From Octopus sinensis (lineage: Eukaryota), in NCBI RefSeq assembly GCF_006345805.1, contig NC_043010.1, positions 46,686,001-46,750,000 on the forward strand: DNA of 64,000 nucleotides, written 5' to 3'. This document shows positions 41,061-53,366 of this stretch, piece by piece; position 1 is the first letter of the stretch, and every line of letters starts with the position of its first letter. A model generated the notes under the pieces. That model was given only the letters and a program-made list of their open reading frames with translations, was not told where the DNA came from and made no database searches. The position numbers were made by a program, and so were the translations under genes.

Positions 41061-41285
41061 CTTATTACCCACAAGGGGCTAAACACAGAGGGGACAAACA
41101 AGGACAGACATAGGTATTAAGTCAATTACATCGACCCCAGTGTGTAACTGGTACTTAATTTATCGACCCCAAAAGGATGAAAGGTAAAGTCGGCCTCAGT
41201 GGAATTTGAACTCACAACATAACGCAGACGAAATACCGCTAAGCATTTCGCTTGGCGTGCTAACGTTTCTGCCAGCTTGCTGCCT
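41061..41285 (-). mobile_element. SINE family A, full length
   Basis: Reverse complement of the 14473 copy; possible TSD gtccgatctgatac/gtccaatctgatac. Confidence 0.9.
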
Positions 41286-41303
41286 TATCGTCCAATCTGA
41301 TAC

Positions 41304-41701
41304 TGTCACATACAATTTAAGTAGAATAAACAGAGTCAAAGTCAGGCGGTCTACGGTCACAGTAAGTGGTGGTTTATTCTCGGTTACAGGCAAGAACTGG
41401 TGCACGTGTATCTCTAGTAGGAAGCCGGCAGCCGAATCCGCAGAACTGATTGCGATGCTTTCTTGTTGTGAGTCAAGACGATTCGTTGGTTCGCTCCCGC
41501 TTCGTTGGGGTGAGGTTCTCTGAGTGAAAGTCAAGCCACGTCCGACCGCTAGCGCTGCTTATGCTGGAAAGAGGGTGATTTAGCAGTCAGTGTTTTGGTT
41601 TCAGTTCCTGTGCATGCGCATGAGGAAAACTTCTGGTGGCCAACCAGAAGCAATCCAATTCTGCGCATGTGCACTGAAACTTACACAGTAGCGTCACTAC
41701 A
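41304..41701 (-). mobile_element. Candidate solo LTR (~400 bp, GC/CpG-rich)
   Basis: TGT...ACA termini, AATAAA about 70 bp from the minus-strand 3' end, CpG-rich relative to flanks; no TSD found. Confidence 0.35.
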
Positions 41702-42769
41702 TATGCAAGGATGGAATTCTAGAGAATAGATGTCCTAGGGGAAGAAGGACTCATTGTAGTGCTGTTGTGCAGGGCCTAGAGCTGTGGAAACAATACGAAT
41801 GAAAGGAGGAAAGATGAGCAGAGATGTCGTAAGAGCAGTAAGCTCTGAGAAGCAGAGGCTAAATAAGTAGTGGTAGAAAGGGCAGGAAAAAAAACGACAG
41901 TGCATCTGTGAACCATACATATATACACACAAATGCATACTTAAAATACACATACATGCAAAGTCATGTGCACACTCAACGAAGCAATTTTCTTCATTAC
42001 AAGCAACATAAAACCTTAACAAGCTAATAGGCCTAATGAAGCCTGCATAATTTGAAATACATATCCACACATATCTTCCATACACTTTTAAACATTTATA
42101 CACACACATACACATACAGAAGCAATTTCTTTTAATACAAACAATGTAAAACCATAGAGACATGTTGCACAACAGAGCATGTATAAACATTGCACAAAGA
42201 CACACACGTACACACACTCACACACATGTTCATAAGCACGTAGTCAGAAGCAACTTTCTTCACTCCTAACAACATCATAAAACTACACAGCTGCCTTGCA
42301 TACCACAGAACTCCTACACATATTCTTGCCTGTGTGGGTACCATTCTGAATTTACAATATTTATTCCTGTTTCATCTCTGCCTCGCCCCCGCCCTCACAC
42401 AACAAAACATCCAACTCCATAATGTCTATAAGTATATACAATCACAGAAAAAAATGTAGCTAATACAAAAAACAGCAGAAATATCAGCCTTCACCATCAT
42501 AATGTCAGGGGGATTTCTTGAATAAATACCTGTTTAAATCTTTCAAAAGTATACAGACTCAGCCATATAATGTAAAAGCTGCACACATAAATCATTGATG
42601 CCATCTAAAAAAATATTCAATGATGATGTGTATCAAAATGATGGTCTCCAGTTTAGGCACAAGACCAGCAATTTCAGGAAGCGGGGTTAGTTGAATATAT
42701 TGATGTCCCAGTGTGCATAGTACTTATTTTATCAATCTCCGAAAGATGAAAGGCGAAGTCAATTCCATT

Positions 42770-42869
42770 GCTTCAGCAATACATACACCAAAATTGGAAT
42801 GGTACAGAGAGGAGTAGCTTGGCCTCTGTACAAGGATGACATGCAAATTTGTGAAGCATTCCATATTTT
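42770..42869 (+). pseudogene. U6: U6 snRNA retropseudogene (near full length)
   Basis: About 84/100 identity to the vertebrate U6 sequence as I recall it (nt 7-106); ACAGAGA box intact; roughly 7 of 16 differences fall at CpG sites. Confidence 0.93.
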
Positions 42870-42934
42870 ACTTAATGGAGGTGCACCAGTATGGCCACAG
42901 CTCTCAAGCAGAAACTAGTTAAAGAGTTAAAGAG
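42870..42934 (+). mobile_element. SINE family B-type 3' tail fused to the U6 copy
   Basis: ggaggtgcaccagtatggccacag...gaaactagttaaagagttaaagag aligns to ggcagtgctccagcatggccacag...gaaacaagtaaaagagtaaaagag (reverse complement of 13818-13880). Confidence 0.8.
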
Positions 42935-42992
42935 CCAGAAGAAATGCCACTAAGCATTTTGTTTAATGCACCAACAATCTTGGCAGCTTGCC

Positions 42993-43039
<47 letters not shown>

Positions 43040-43564
43040 TAATAATAATAATAATTATCCTTTGTACTAAGGCACAAGGCCTGAAATTTTGGGGGAGGGG
43101 GTAGGTTGACAACATCAGCCCCAGTACTTATTTCATCAACCCCGAGAGGATGAAAGGCAAAGTCAACTTCAGTGGAATTTGAATTCAGAATGTAAAGCCA
43201 GACAAAATAATAATAATAATGATTATAATAATAATGATGATGATGATGAGGAGGAGGATTTCAAATTTTGGCACAAGGCCAGCACTTTCAGGGTGGGGGG
43301 ATAATCAATTAAATTGAACACCAGCTCTCGATTGATACTTATACTATTGACCCTGAAAAGAGGAAAGGCAAAGTTGACCTTGGTGGAATTTGAACTCAGA
43401 ATGTAAAGACGGATGAAATGCTGCTAAGCATCTTGCTCAGTGTGCTGATGGTTCTCCCAGCTTCCCACTTTAAAATAATAATGATAATAATCCTTTCAAC
43501 TATAGGAGATAAGTCAATTACATCAACCCCAGTACTCAAAGAAGTGCTAGTTGCTCTTTGAGTC

Positions 43565-44207
43565 TTTGCCATCTGATCCCTGCCCCTTCACGTCTGTTAT
43601 TTCCTATCAGATCTGTTTCCTTGATGACATGCAGCCACTTTGGGTAGTCCTTGATGAATGTCTCTCAAGTATTTAGGTCAATGGGGCAGTGGAGGAGAGT
43701 GGCCTTGAGCTGGTCCCGGAAATAGAATTTGGGGGCTCTGTGTGGTCAGGTGTCTGAGACCAACTCAGCATAGAGGAGTTGATGGGGGAGGTGCATGAGG
43801 CATATGTATGATGTGTCCTGACCTATAGAAGCAGTGTCATGCTATGACAGCTTCAATGCTGGTCAGTCCAGCCTGGAACAGAACCTCTTCATTGGTAATT
43901 AGTATAGCCCCTCTGTTGAATCCTAATGATTGTGTGAAGTTTGTGTAGTTGGAAACATTCAATTTTCATCAAGGCTCATCAATACAACACCCACATCTCA
44001 CAGCCATTGAAGAGTGTGGAAAGGACAAGGGCTCAGAATACCATGATTTTTACTGATTTAGGAAGACCTGTTCTGAGAGTTTTCTGAAAGCCGTATGGGC
44101 TGCAATGATCTTATTCTCAATGCCTTTCTGAATGGTGCAATTTCAGGACAGGTAGCTTCTGAGGAATGGAAAAGTCTCCACATTTTCCAGGACAGTGCTG
44201 CATAGCC
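43565..44207 (-). mobile_element. Heavily degraded RTE/BovB-like LINE 3' part
   Basis: Minus-strand remnants VLENVETFPFL, LSTLFNGCEMW, ITNEEVL, QLLYAEL. Confidence 0.75.
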
Positions 44208-44302
44208 TTATGTTACTGGTTTGGGGTGGGGGAGATTGGTTTTGAGTTGACCAAAGCTTAGCTTTCTAAATAGATTTGGTAGATAAACTACAAGATGCCT
44301 AT

Positions 44303-44336
<34 letters not shown>

Positions 44337-44645
44337 TGTATGTGTGTATGTGTGTGTATGTGTATGTATGTATGTATGTGTGTGTGTGTGCATGACAGTT
44401 GTAAACGAGTATCCCCATAGTGCAAGTGGTGTTCTTTGTTTCCAATATTCTGTGGAAATATGTCTGGTCACGAAAAAATATTATTTTACTTGGAAACAGG
44501 TGAGGGTTGGCTTGGGGCTCTAATAGAAGGCATTTAACCGAGTTGCCACACAGCTCAAGAATGAGCTTGAAACTACACAAACTACATGTGCTTAAGAAGT
44601 AAACTTCTTAACCACACAGTTATGCTTGTATACCACCAATATATA

Positions 44646-45002
44646 TCTCTATATATAAAAGTAAGGTTGTGTGCTGTCTGTCTCCTACAATTTAGATTCC
44701 TAACTACACCCACATTTTATCGAGCCCTTCTGGGTATTAGCGCGCATCTACGATGAGTCTACGATTTAAAAAAAATTTACCATCAATTTTTCCCATTTTT
44801 AATGCATTTTTTGGCATATATATAAGGGAAGTAACTCTCTATAAATTTATCATTAAATCTCAGAACGTAAAAAGCTATAGTAACACCCCCCCCCCCACTT
44901 TGTGGTTAGCCATATTGAGATGGCTATTATACTTTACATCTCTAAAAATGCTTATATAGTTATTTTCCTTACAAACCCGAGCAACGCCGGGCGATACTGC
45001 TA

Positions 45003-45003
<1 letters not shown>
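44646..45003 (+). mobile_element. Non-autonomous Helitron
   Basis: 5' A|TCTCTATATATAAAAG; 3' hairpin cccgagcaacgccggg followed by CTAG|T; no TSD. Confidence 0.88.
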
Positions 45004-45032
<29 letters not shown>

Positions 45033-45036
<4 letters not shown>

Positions 45037-45309
45037 TAGAAAAAAAAAACTTTTATCAATTCAAAATGAAAAATTAAATTACACCATCTAGAAAATTACA
45101 TATAATAGAAAGATTAAATATAAGATAAAAAATATAACGATGATTAAGTAATGTGCAAAATAATAAATAAAACGTATATATTTTGCACATTACTTAATCA
45201 TCATTATATTTTTTATCTTATATCTAATCTTTCTATTATATGTAATTTTCTAGATGGTGTAATTTAATTTTTCATTTTGAATTGATAAAAGGTGTTTTTT
45301 TTCTAATTT
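45033..45309. repeat. Near-perfect AT-rich palindrome (~130-bp arms, ~16-bp loop)
   Basis: 45033-45162 is the reverse complement of 45179-45309, with two substitutions plus poly-A differences. Confidence 0.93.
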
Positions 45310-45397
45310 ATATATATACATTATATTTTGTGAAATTTGATTTAGTATTTCTAAATTGAATTTTTCCCAGTAAGTTTGGAATAATATTCCTCATATT

Positions 45398-45429
<32 letters not shown>

Positions 45430-45761
45430 TACACATACATGTATGTGTGTGTGTCTGTCGTGTGCATGGACTACTGTGTTCCAGTCTGCAGAGAGTACCT
45501 ATAGAGTATTGTACTTGAATGAGTGAAATAACTGGAAGTAAAATAAGAGTAAGACCTATTATTACTAATAAACAACCAATAAACAACTGAAAGTATGTGT
45601 GTGTGTGTGTGCGCGTGTGTGTGAGTGTGTGTGTGTGTGTACTTGGAGAGCAATAGAGAGAGAAAAGGAAGAGAAGAAGGAGGTGACTGAGAACAAAGAA
45701 GTGTGCTGCAATGAGGGGTAAAATGTTAGAATTCCACAACTAGACACAAATGTCAAGTAAA

Positions 45762-45840
<79 letters not shown>

Positions 45841-46933
45841 TATTTCGCAAATTCTATCATGGTTAAGGAAAAACAAGAATGAAAACAAAAGTAGAATTGT
45901 TATTTTAGAAAGAAGAATAACAGCCTGAATGTGTTATTGTTGGTTAGCCATGAACAATAGTTGACTTGATCTTAAAATTAGCCACCTGTGTGGATTGTAT
46001 GAGAAACGAAGAAATCTGCCATTACCTCTGGTAGGTTGTATGAGTATTGGAATTTTATATTTAGCTAGGCTTGCTGGCAAAGAATATCCTATTTCAAAAA
46101 TACACTCCGAGTGATATGTTTACAGGTAAAAAATGGAGTTGAAATGATAAATAGATAAACAGATACAGGAGAAAAGTGATGACCATACACTGTAAAAGAA
46201 AACAAAATGATTAAAGAAGTATAACAAAAGTTTCCGGAACACAAATTTATACAGGTGTGTGTGTGTGTGTGTTGGTGTGTATGTGTGTGTATGTGTGTGT
46301 GCGCATGTGTGTGTGTGTGTGATATGTGTTTGTGTATGTATGTATCTATGTATGTCATTATTCAGTTTTATTTCAGGATTTCTTGCCAATAGAGAAGTTG
46401 GTTCTAACCTAGATGCAAGGCTCCTTCATTGGAATTTCAACATCAACAGGGTATTAGTGCATGCATGTGCGTATGTGTGCAGTATTTGGAGTCGGTGCAT
46501 GTGCAGATTTATATGTTTTGCTTTATGCATGTATTCTCATGCATATAGCTGCATGTCTAGACATGCTCATATATACTTAAATGATAAACTTCTAGAAAGT
46601 TTTACAGATATTTACAGTTCCAGTGATGTCTTGGATCCATAGTCTTCAAATCAGCTTTCTGGTTTTGAGAAGCCTACTTTCTGAAGAAAGTAGTTACATA
46701 TCCCAGCACCTGAATAATTACAGGTATAATCTGAGTAAAGTAACTGCAGATTTCTCAATAGTTCAGCATAGCTATTTTCTTTTCCCCTGTTCTTAGAAAT
46801 TATATGTGTGCTAATAAATCCAAAATAGTCTTATGGTTTTATTTCTTGCATATGTGTGAACATGTGAGAATGTATATGTGTGTGTGGGTGGGTGTGTATG
46901 TGTACTCAAATGTGAGTATGCATGTATGTGCTA

Positions 46934-48079
46934 TGAAGTAGTATCAAAAGGTTCCTGGACTAGTTATGTTTAATAAAAAATAACTTATTTATCTAAGTTT
47001 TAACATCGTCTCTTTCAAAATAGTCACCTTGCACAGCAATACACCAGTCCCAGTGTTCCTGTCACTTTTGGAATCCAGCCTGGAAGTCGTTTCTCATAAG
47101 TGAGTCAAGGACCTTTTGCAATTTGCTTTGGATCTTGAGAACGGTGTTAAAGCAGGGACCTTTGAGCAGCATTTTCATCTTGGGGTAGAGATGGAAGTCT
47201 GCAGGTGCTAAATCTGGTGAATAGAGCAAGTGCAGAAGTGATACTATGTTGCTTTTGGTGAGAAACTCATAAGTGAGGAGAGTTCAGTGACAGGGCACAT
47301 TGTTGTCACGAAGACTCCAAATCTTTGCAATCCACAGATTCAGTTACTTTCGCCAAATGTCTTCCCTCAGACATTTCAAAATGCAACAGTAGAATTCTTG
47401 ACAATCTGGCTGTGGGAGACAAATTCTCGATGCACAATACCACATTTCCAGGGGTGACACTCATGGCAGGTCTTCTAGATTACTCATCATTTTTCAGGGA
47501 TGTTCTTCCATTTTTGAAGCGCCATGCCACTCAAAACATTGCCTTGTCACCGTAAGCTTGCCAGAGCACAATGTTTCTGAAGCAGATTTCCAAGTTTAAT
47601 GCAAAACTTCACATTGGCTCTTCATTCCAACTTTCTGTCCATGACAAAAATTGCAGACCACAGCACACATGTGATCACAAAACCACAAATTTCACAACTT
47701 GTGAAGTAAACACAGTGAATTCCACTCAGCACACTGCCTCATGAAGGTCACTGCTAGCTCTTATTCCTTTATTGCCCACAAGGGGCTAAACATAGAGGGG
47801 ACAAACAATGACAGGCAAAAGGATTAAGTCAATTACATTGACCCCAGTGCGTAACTGGTACTTAATTTATTGACCCCGAAAGGATGAAAGGTAAAGTCAA
47901 CCTCAGCGGAATTTGAACTCAGAACGTAACGGCAGACAAAATACCACTGAGCATTTCGCCCAACGTGCTAACATTTCTGCCAGCTTGCCGCCTTCTAGCT
48001 CTCACTGTGCACACAACCATATGCTACCATCTGCAGGTGTGCTATATAACTAGTCCAGTAACTTTTTGATACCACCTTG
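46934..48079 (-). mobile_element. mariner (DD34D-type) transposon relic, internally deleted, both TIRs present
   Basis: TA-flanked TIRs (gtatcaaaaggttcctggactagttat and its reverse complement); minus strand reads ...YSPDLAPADFHLYPKMK...WCIAVQGDYFE; contains stops. Confidence 0.92.
47762..47994 (-). mobile_element. SINE family A inserted in the mariner relic
   Basis: 8-bp TSD ctagctct at 47754-47761 and 47995-48002. Confidence 0.92.
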
Positions 48080-48270
48080 TATGATATCTAAAACAACATT
48101 ACAGCTGTATATTTTGCACGTGTGTCTCTCTGCATGAATGTGTATTAGTGATTAAGTATGCATATATGTACTGTACTTTCCAAAACTTCATTAATTAGTT
48201 GCACTTTTGTTTTTCTTGCTTTGTTGTTAGAAACTATATGCGTAAGCATATGTGTACTTTTGTGAAGACA

Positions 48271-48578
48271 GGTGGCTTAGTGGTTAGGGTACTCAGCTCA
48301 CAATCTTAAAGGTCATGAGTTCAATAACCGGAGGCGTGTTGTGTTTTTGAGCAAGACACTTTATTTCACATTGCTCCAGTTTACTCAGCTGGCAAAAACA
48401 AGTTGTACCTGTATTTCAAAAAGTCAGCCTTGTCACAGTCTGTGTCATGCTGAATCTCCCTGAGAACTGTTAAGAGTACACATATCCGTGGAGTACTCAG
48501 TCACTTGCACATTAGCTTCACAAGTAGACTGTCCTGGTGATTAGATCAACTGGAACCCTCGTCCTTGTAACCAACAGT
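48271..48578 (+). mobile_element. SINE family C, tail Y
   Basis: ggcttagtggttaggg head, ttgagcaagacactt middle, tail shared with 17150-17340. Confidence 0.85.
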
Positions 48579-49479
48579 TCTAATATGTTTGAGATAGCAT
48601 ATAACCATGACAACAGAGTAGCAGACAACCAAATACGAAGTTAAGGGGTTTTTATCCTGTCACCAACACTATGGTGAATCCTTAGCTAAGATACATTAAA
48701 TTTCACTGGCTCAGTTCAACGACCTGCAAATAGGTAACAGAAGGTAAGAAATATTCACTGCTATAAGCAGTGACAGCAATGTAAATTAGATGAATATTTT
48801 GTTAGTTTGGGCCTCATCTAAGGTGATATGTTTTAGATATATAACATGAATATAAAGTCTTTAATGGTGTCTTTACAACCTAATGTGTTATAGACCTTAT
48901 CATTATAAAACATTTACGGCCATCTCTTAGAATTTTCTTTTTACCCTGAATTTTTTTCTGTCTTTGATCAGTAAATGTTATTTCCTGTTTTGCTTGCTTC
49001 TATCTAGAAATCAAATAAAATGACTATTATTTCCTTCAAATTTTGCTTTTGTAACCTAGATGTCAATATTTTGAAACTGATCTATTTTCCACTACATTTC
49101 AGACAGATTCAGTACCAAGTTGCTGAAGCAGAAATATCAAATATTCTGCTCAATACCACAGATTTGCTTGTCAATTGCTTGACCTTAACCACTTGAGCAT
49201 GTCCCTTAGTGGTTGACAATATGTGCAAGAGTACAAGGGGAGCATCATAACCATGTGTTGAGGAGGATTTTGGGGGGTTTGAATAAATGTAAGAAAAGCA
49301 AATTTTGAAGGAAATGTTAACCATTTTTTCATGTTTTCTATGGGTAAGCAAATAGGAAATAACAGTTGCTACCCAAGGACAAAAATTGTGTTACATAGCG
49401 TAATCAGAGAATCAAGATACTTCATAAGTGGTTGATGCACTAGAGTAATATACAATAATAGTACACTGGAACCAAGCTC

Positions 49480-49760
49480 TCTTGAATGCTGCACTGGCCA
49501 ACTAGAAGTACTCAAATTACTGTTATCTAGGTCACATAATTAGCAGAGGAGATGGTTGTTCATAAAGTATAGTAGCCAGGATAAGAATGAGCTGAAGCTA
49601 CTGATTTTACTAGTAACAAAGGTCTTTCCACCTTGAGAGTAAAGGATAGACTATATGATGCATATATTAGAATTACTATACTGCATGGCCATGAAATGTG
49701 AGCATTGAATGCAGAAAACTTGTAAAAGCTAGAAAGATATGATGCAAGCACCTGATGGAT
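49480..49760 (+). mobile_element. Very degraded RTE fragment
   Basis: Remnant resembling LEV...CYLG.IISRGDGC..SIVARIR. Confidence 0.45.
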
Positions 49761-51393
49761 ATATCATATTAGTGAGTATGAACACTGGTGTACAAATGAA
49801 CTGAGATAAATTTCTTTATTGGCCACACAGGGCTGAACACAGAAGGGACAAAATATGAAGAGGGGTAAAAAAGGAAAAAAAGGGTCAAATTCCGATCAAA
49901 AGAGATCGTGAAAAGAAAAAAAAAGTGGGGCTGATCAATAGGGATGGTGTATCACAGAAATGTCAATGTAAAAAGGGAAAATAGATTAGATTTGTCCATG
50001 GATAGAAAATCCTACAGAAAAGACCAACTGAGATAATCAGATGTTAGGTATAAGAGAGAATGCTATGTTGGTATAGGTATGTGATGTGTATAAAGAATGA
50101 CTGCTGCATAAAGTGCTGAGCACTCCAAGTTAGTGAAACCTGGAAGAAGAAGACTAAGGAGGACTAGGGCATTGAAGAAAGTATGGCTGACCAGAAGATG
50201 CTGTATCTTACAGAGCATGCTTCCCAACCATATGGTTCAGGGTTCAATACTACTGTGCTGTATTTGTAAGTTTAATTTGAAGTTAATGAGTAGTAGCCAT
50301 ATTTTCACATCTCTGTGACAGTCAGTTTAAAAAATCATGCCTTTTTGTTCCAAATTTTCAAAAACTTAAAAAACACTTTTTCCCACTTTGATGACACCAA
50401 GCAAATTCCTGGTGCCATGTGTAACTGGTGTCAATAAAGTGAAATCCCCAAAACAAAAACCCCAGGGTGACCAAACCTTACGAGTGGATTTAGAAGACAG
50501 AAACTGAAAGAAACCTGTTGTGTGTGTGCGTGTCCTTCTCTTGACAACACAAGGTGACTCTGAATGATGAGTATCACTGTCATACAAATGATGTTGTTCA
50601 GTTCCAATCTTGTGTGGAAAACATGTGACTCCTAAGGAAATATAACTTTGCTTGGAAACTGGTAAGGATTTTGTGACGCGATGGGCATCCAACTTTAGAA
50701 AATCTGCCTTGACAAATTCCATATCAGCCATGCAAGCAAGAAAAAGTGAACATTAAAATGATGATGATGCTGGTAGTGGTGGTTGTGATGGTAGTGGTAA
50801 CGGTGGCAGCAATGGCAGTAGTGGCAACAGTGGTGATGATGATTACAACAACAGTGACGACAGCCTCCTTTCAACAACTTGAAAGCAAAGCACAGCATTT
50901 CATATGAAGAGTAGTTCTTAAATATGTTTTTTTTTTGTCATTTTTGTGTTAGTTTCTGTTGTTATTTAAGAAACAGGAAAAAATATTAAGAAAAAAAAAA
51001 GAAACAACTGAATATGATTTATTATGAATGAAATATAGTTGATAATACTATGGGTCAAAAAATATGATTTCTTGCACAAACATAAGTTGCAACATTTATG
51101 GTGAGGAAGACAGAAATTGGAGTAGGAAAATGGTGATCTTTATGTCTTTTTTAAAGACATCAGAATGTACAGGTAATCTAAACCAAACCACATTGATGGC
51201 ACAGTCTATAATGAGTTTACCATAGTGCCCACCACATACACACAGCGGTATACATATATATACAAATGTATATATGTATACATATATGTATGCATATATA
51301 TATATATATATATATATAGATATATTTATACATACACATATACATATATATTAGTATATCTATCTCTCACTCTCGCTCTCTCTCTCTCTCTCT

Positions 51394-51436
<43 letters not shown>

Positions 51437-51576
51437 TACACATACATACATATTTATATACACACATACACACATACATATATATATACACACACACATA
51501 CACATATATAGACGCACATACATATATATATACACATACATATCTATATACACACACATACACTTATATATATCTA

Positions 51577-51614
<38 letters not shown>

Positions 51615-51849
51615 CACACACACATCCATATGTGTGTGTGTCTGTGTGTGTGTGTCTGTGTGTGTGTCTGTGTGTGTACATGTGTGCACACACATGCAAC
51701 TTGCACACATACAGTTTGATCTGTTAAGTTGCTAAGAAAGAAAACCAAAACAAACCCTACCCTCCAAAAAAGAAAGAAAAAAACATTTTCAGTTGAAGTG
51801 TGAGCAGGTGTGGAGTGTAACAGCATCTTACAGTGCAATATCATCTTAC

Positions 51850-51876
51850 GTGTTGTGTAATAACATCATAACTGGT
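51850..51876 (-). other. Candidate 27-bp microexon
   Basis: Acceptor ttttcttacttttctaattacaccag, donor GTAAGA; frame-preserving; frame 0 reads TSYDVITQH. Confidence 0.2.
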
Positions 51877-53136
51877 CTGGTGTAATTAGAAAAGTAAGAA
51901 AATTCTATTCTCATATGCAAAGATCCAGTGGTCTCGCCAATGTAAATCTTCAAAATTACACTTGTTGGCTTCCACTAAGTCTGGTGCTCCTTTATTGAGC
52001 CATGTCTTTCTCTGTCTACCTATCTGTCTTTCTCTCACTCCCTCTATATCTATCTATATATCTATCTATTGCCTTATCTGTTCTGCTTCACTTGACATGA
52101 GGTGTAAGAGATTCACTGCCTTATCCCAAAACACATCATCAGTAGTGATAGGATGTTGTATCTTGTTGACTCATATGGGCTTTTCAAAAACCCATCCTCA
52201 CTTCAAGATAATACTAATATACTAATATAGAATAAATTGAATGCAGCAGTGCAAATTATCAAAGTACTTGTCAATAATGCACCATTTTCTCTGGTTATCT
52301 GAGTTCAAATCCTGCTGAAGTTAACACAACCTTACATTTTTTTTTCTTTTGTGTGTGGTTCAATAACATGAAATATCATTCTACAAAGGTGGATTGGCAG
52401 AATAATTAGGGAATTGGACAAGATGCCTTTGTCTTTTTACATTCTGAGTTCATGGCTGGTAGAATAAATGACACTCTGTTTATCCCTACCATCTTAGTCC
52501 TTGTGAGGGGTCCTTTTAGTGGGGGGAGCTACTTAGTTTCATACATTTGGATCAGATCTCCAGTTTGAGGAAAACTTCTTCCCACCAGTCTAGGAATCCT
52601 TCAAAAATTAAAGGTCATTAACATTACCCTTCCTTCCCTAAATAGTATGAAAAATATGACTATGTCTCCAACAAAATACCAGTAAAAACAAATTGTTTTG
52701 GAACAGTGGATCTCGAAGTACATAAAGCTATAAATAATAGCCTGTAAATATTAGGTTGAAAAACACTTTGGAATGGAAGAAGTAGAAGGCTGCTTCTGAG
52801 ACTTGAACCCACATCTCCTGTGGATGTGGCAGACCATTTGACCAATGTAATTCTTCAAATTTATCTATCCATTTAAGAAACCTTATTCTCACCAATGAGA
52901 ATTGTATGTTGATGTCATAAGAATTCATAACCTTTTGAGAGAACATGAAATAATTCTTCATTGGAACATTGAATTTTGAAGCATATATAATAGCATGTAA
53001 GTATTAAGTTGAAAATCACTTTTAGATAGGAAAGAAATTTTCAAAAAGAAATTTTCAACCTAATGTTTACATGATATTCTTTATAGTTTTATGAGCTTTG
53101 AAACTCACAGTTATAAAAAAATATATAGGCGAGCTT

Positions 53137-53290
53137 CAGGTGAATTAAAATATGTTTATGATATATTTCAACTTCTACAGGCAAATTCTCTGCAATTACT
53201 GCAGATAAAAAAAGATTTCTCTTATGGTAACTGCAATGAATTTGCCTTTAGAAGTTGAAATATATCACAAATATATTTTAACTAACCTAA
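53137..53290. mobile_element. Short inverted-repeat element (MITE-like, ~65-bp arms)
   Basis: tgatatatttcaacttctacaggcaaattc versus gaatttgcctttagaagttgaaatatatca. Confidence 0.7.
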
Positions 53291-53366
53291 AATTCACTTA
53301 TGCTTAATTCACTGCTTGGCACTTATATTGCTAAAAATATATATATTTAAAGATAGCATACATTAT

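Larger units (their letters stand above)
42640..43520 (-). mobile_element. Cluster of 4-5 partial SINE family A copies separated by (TAA)n tracts
   Basis: gatgaaaggcaaagtcaac/gaatttgaactcagaatgtaaag motif recurs near 42740, 43150 and 43360, with a further fragment near 43510. Confidence 0.8.

Noticed and set aside
42770-42869. Functional U6 gene
   Set aside because: 16 substitutions with a CpG-decay pattern, missing 5' nucleotides, no upstream TATA/PSE context, and embedded in a SINE.
46395-46445. Minus-strand ccaatga...agcct/aggtt...gaac as a third hammerhead
   Set aside because: Core is mutated, extra bases flank stem II, GAAA is incomplete, and stems I and III are not demonstrable.
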